Origin: an uncultured Anaerolineae bacterium
GTDB lineage: Bacteria; Chloroflexota; Anaerolineae; S140-20
Reading direction: 5' to 3'
NCBI GenBank assembly: GCA_964607235.1
Contig: CAZSJU010000012.1
Coordinates: 1-25,077 of the forward strand
Length of the DNA: 25,077 bases
Shown here in pieces: positions 24,674 through 25,077 of the stretch (positions are counted from its first letter, which is position 1; the number at the start of each line of letters is the position of its first letter). Both the position numbers and the translations under genes were made by a program. Under the pieces are notes generated by a model, which was given only the letters and a program-made list of their open reading frames with translations, had not been told where the DNA came from and ran no database searches.

Positions 24674-25077
24674 TTACCCTTGCGCTTGTACCACCGAGAA
24701 CACAGTCCGGATTTTTAACCGTCCTCCCAGCCACACCTGCACCTCATACTCCCCGACCGCAAAGCCATCGCCCAGGGTCAGATAGACGTGCCATTCGCCC
24801 GCCGATTGTCCTGTTTCCCACAGAGCGGTTCCACCGCTCAAGAGCTTGCTATTATAATACCATAGGACGGTCCACGGGACGTTGGGCAACAGCCCGTCGT
24901 AGCGGAAGAAAAGATAGATGCGCTCGGTCCCTGACGGAAATTGCTGGGAAGGGTTCACCGGTCGGTTCTTCTCATCTACCCCTTGGGCCAGCGTCCAAAA
25001 CTCGATTTGGGCATCGGCCGGCGGCGGTACCGCCCCCGAAATCGCCTGGGTAAAGGTGACCGGGAGCGTCGCTTGAG
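24674..25077 (-). CDS. Hypothetical protein, C-terminal part (the ORF continues beyond the window end)
   Basis: The minus-strand frame stays open from the window end (…QATLPVTFTQAISGAVPPPADAQIEFWTLAQGVDEKNRPVNPSQQFPSGTERIYLFFRYDGLLPNVPWTVLWYYNSKLLSGGTALWETGQSAGEWHVYLTLGDGFAVGEYEVQVWLGGRLKIRTVFSVVQAQG*). Beta-rich composition. No family recognised. Confidence 0.5.
   Translation of the reverse strand, partial: QATLPVTFTQAISGAVPPPADAQIEFWTLAQGVDEKNRPVNPSQQFPSGTERIYLFFRYDGLLPNVPWTVLWYYNSKLLSGGTALWETGQSAGEWHVYLTLGDGFAVGEYEVQVWLGGRLKIRTVFSVVQAQG

Noticed and set aside
24619-25053. 144-aa plus-strand ORF at the window end
   Set aside because: Antisense to an open minus-strand frame with protein-like composition. 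Pro/Arg-rich junk translation.
1-25077. tRNA, rRNA, transposase or integrase genes
   Set aside because: No T-loop (GTTCRANYC) or anticodon-arm-like structures found in intergenic regions. No DDE/tyrosine recombinase-like ORFs. No terminal inverted repeats noticed.

Overview
High-GC (~63-65%) bacterial chromosomal segment, probably from a Chloroflexota-like organism, carrying about 20 genes. I infer the phylum from GC content, multi-GAF kinases and the substrate-binding plus VWA domain architecture, so it is a guess. (1) A DNA-end-processing supercluster on the + strand: a divergently transcribed MalT/LuxR-type STAND regulator that runs off the window start, then a NurA-like nuclease, a 203-aa unknown ORF coupled to it by an ATGA overlap, a clear HerA-type FtsK/HerA-superfamily ATPase and a 97-aa ORF. 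After a low-GC, ORF-disrupted spacer come SbcD (Mre11-like) and SbcC (Rad50-like, CxxC zinc hook). (2) A minus-strand membrane-stress-like operon: PspA/IM30 family protein, then two paralogous membrane-anchored substrate-binding-like proteins (the second fused to a von Willebrand A domain), then a coiled-coil membrane protein, then a LivJ/K-type solute-binding lipoprotein. (3) A minus-strand sensor operon just upstream of it: a 1219-aa multi-GAF/PAS histidine kinase plus a hybrid receiver-histidine kinase, and an orphan receiver elsewhere. (4) rsmG outside its usual neighbourhood, a bactofilin-like beta-helical repeat protein, an SPFH/band-7 membrane protein, a PfkB sugar kinase, and a 3' partial unknown gene. 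I found no rRNA, tRNA, CRISPR array, transposase or integrase. The most interesting candidate for an undescribed system is the nurA - unknown (possible free HAS-barrel) - herA module under a divergent STAND regulator with G/C homopolymer hairpins in the shared promoter. Second is the pspA operon with VWA/substrate-binding-like exported partners. All functional calls come from motif recognition by eye, because no database search was possible.
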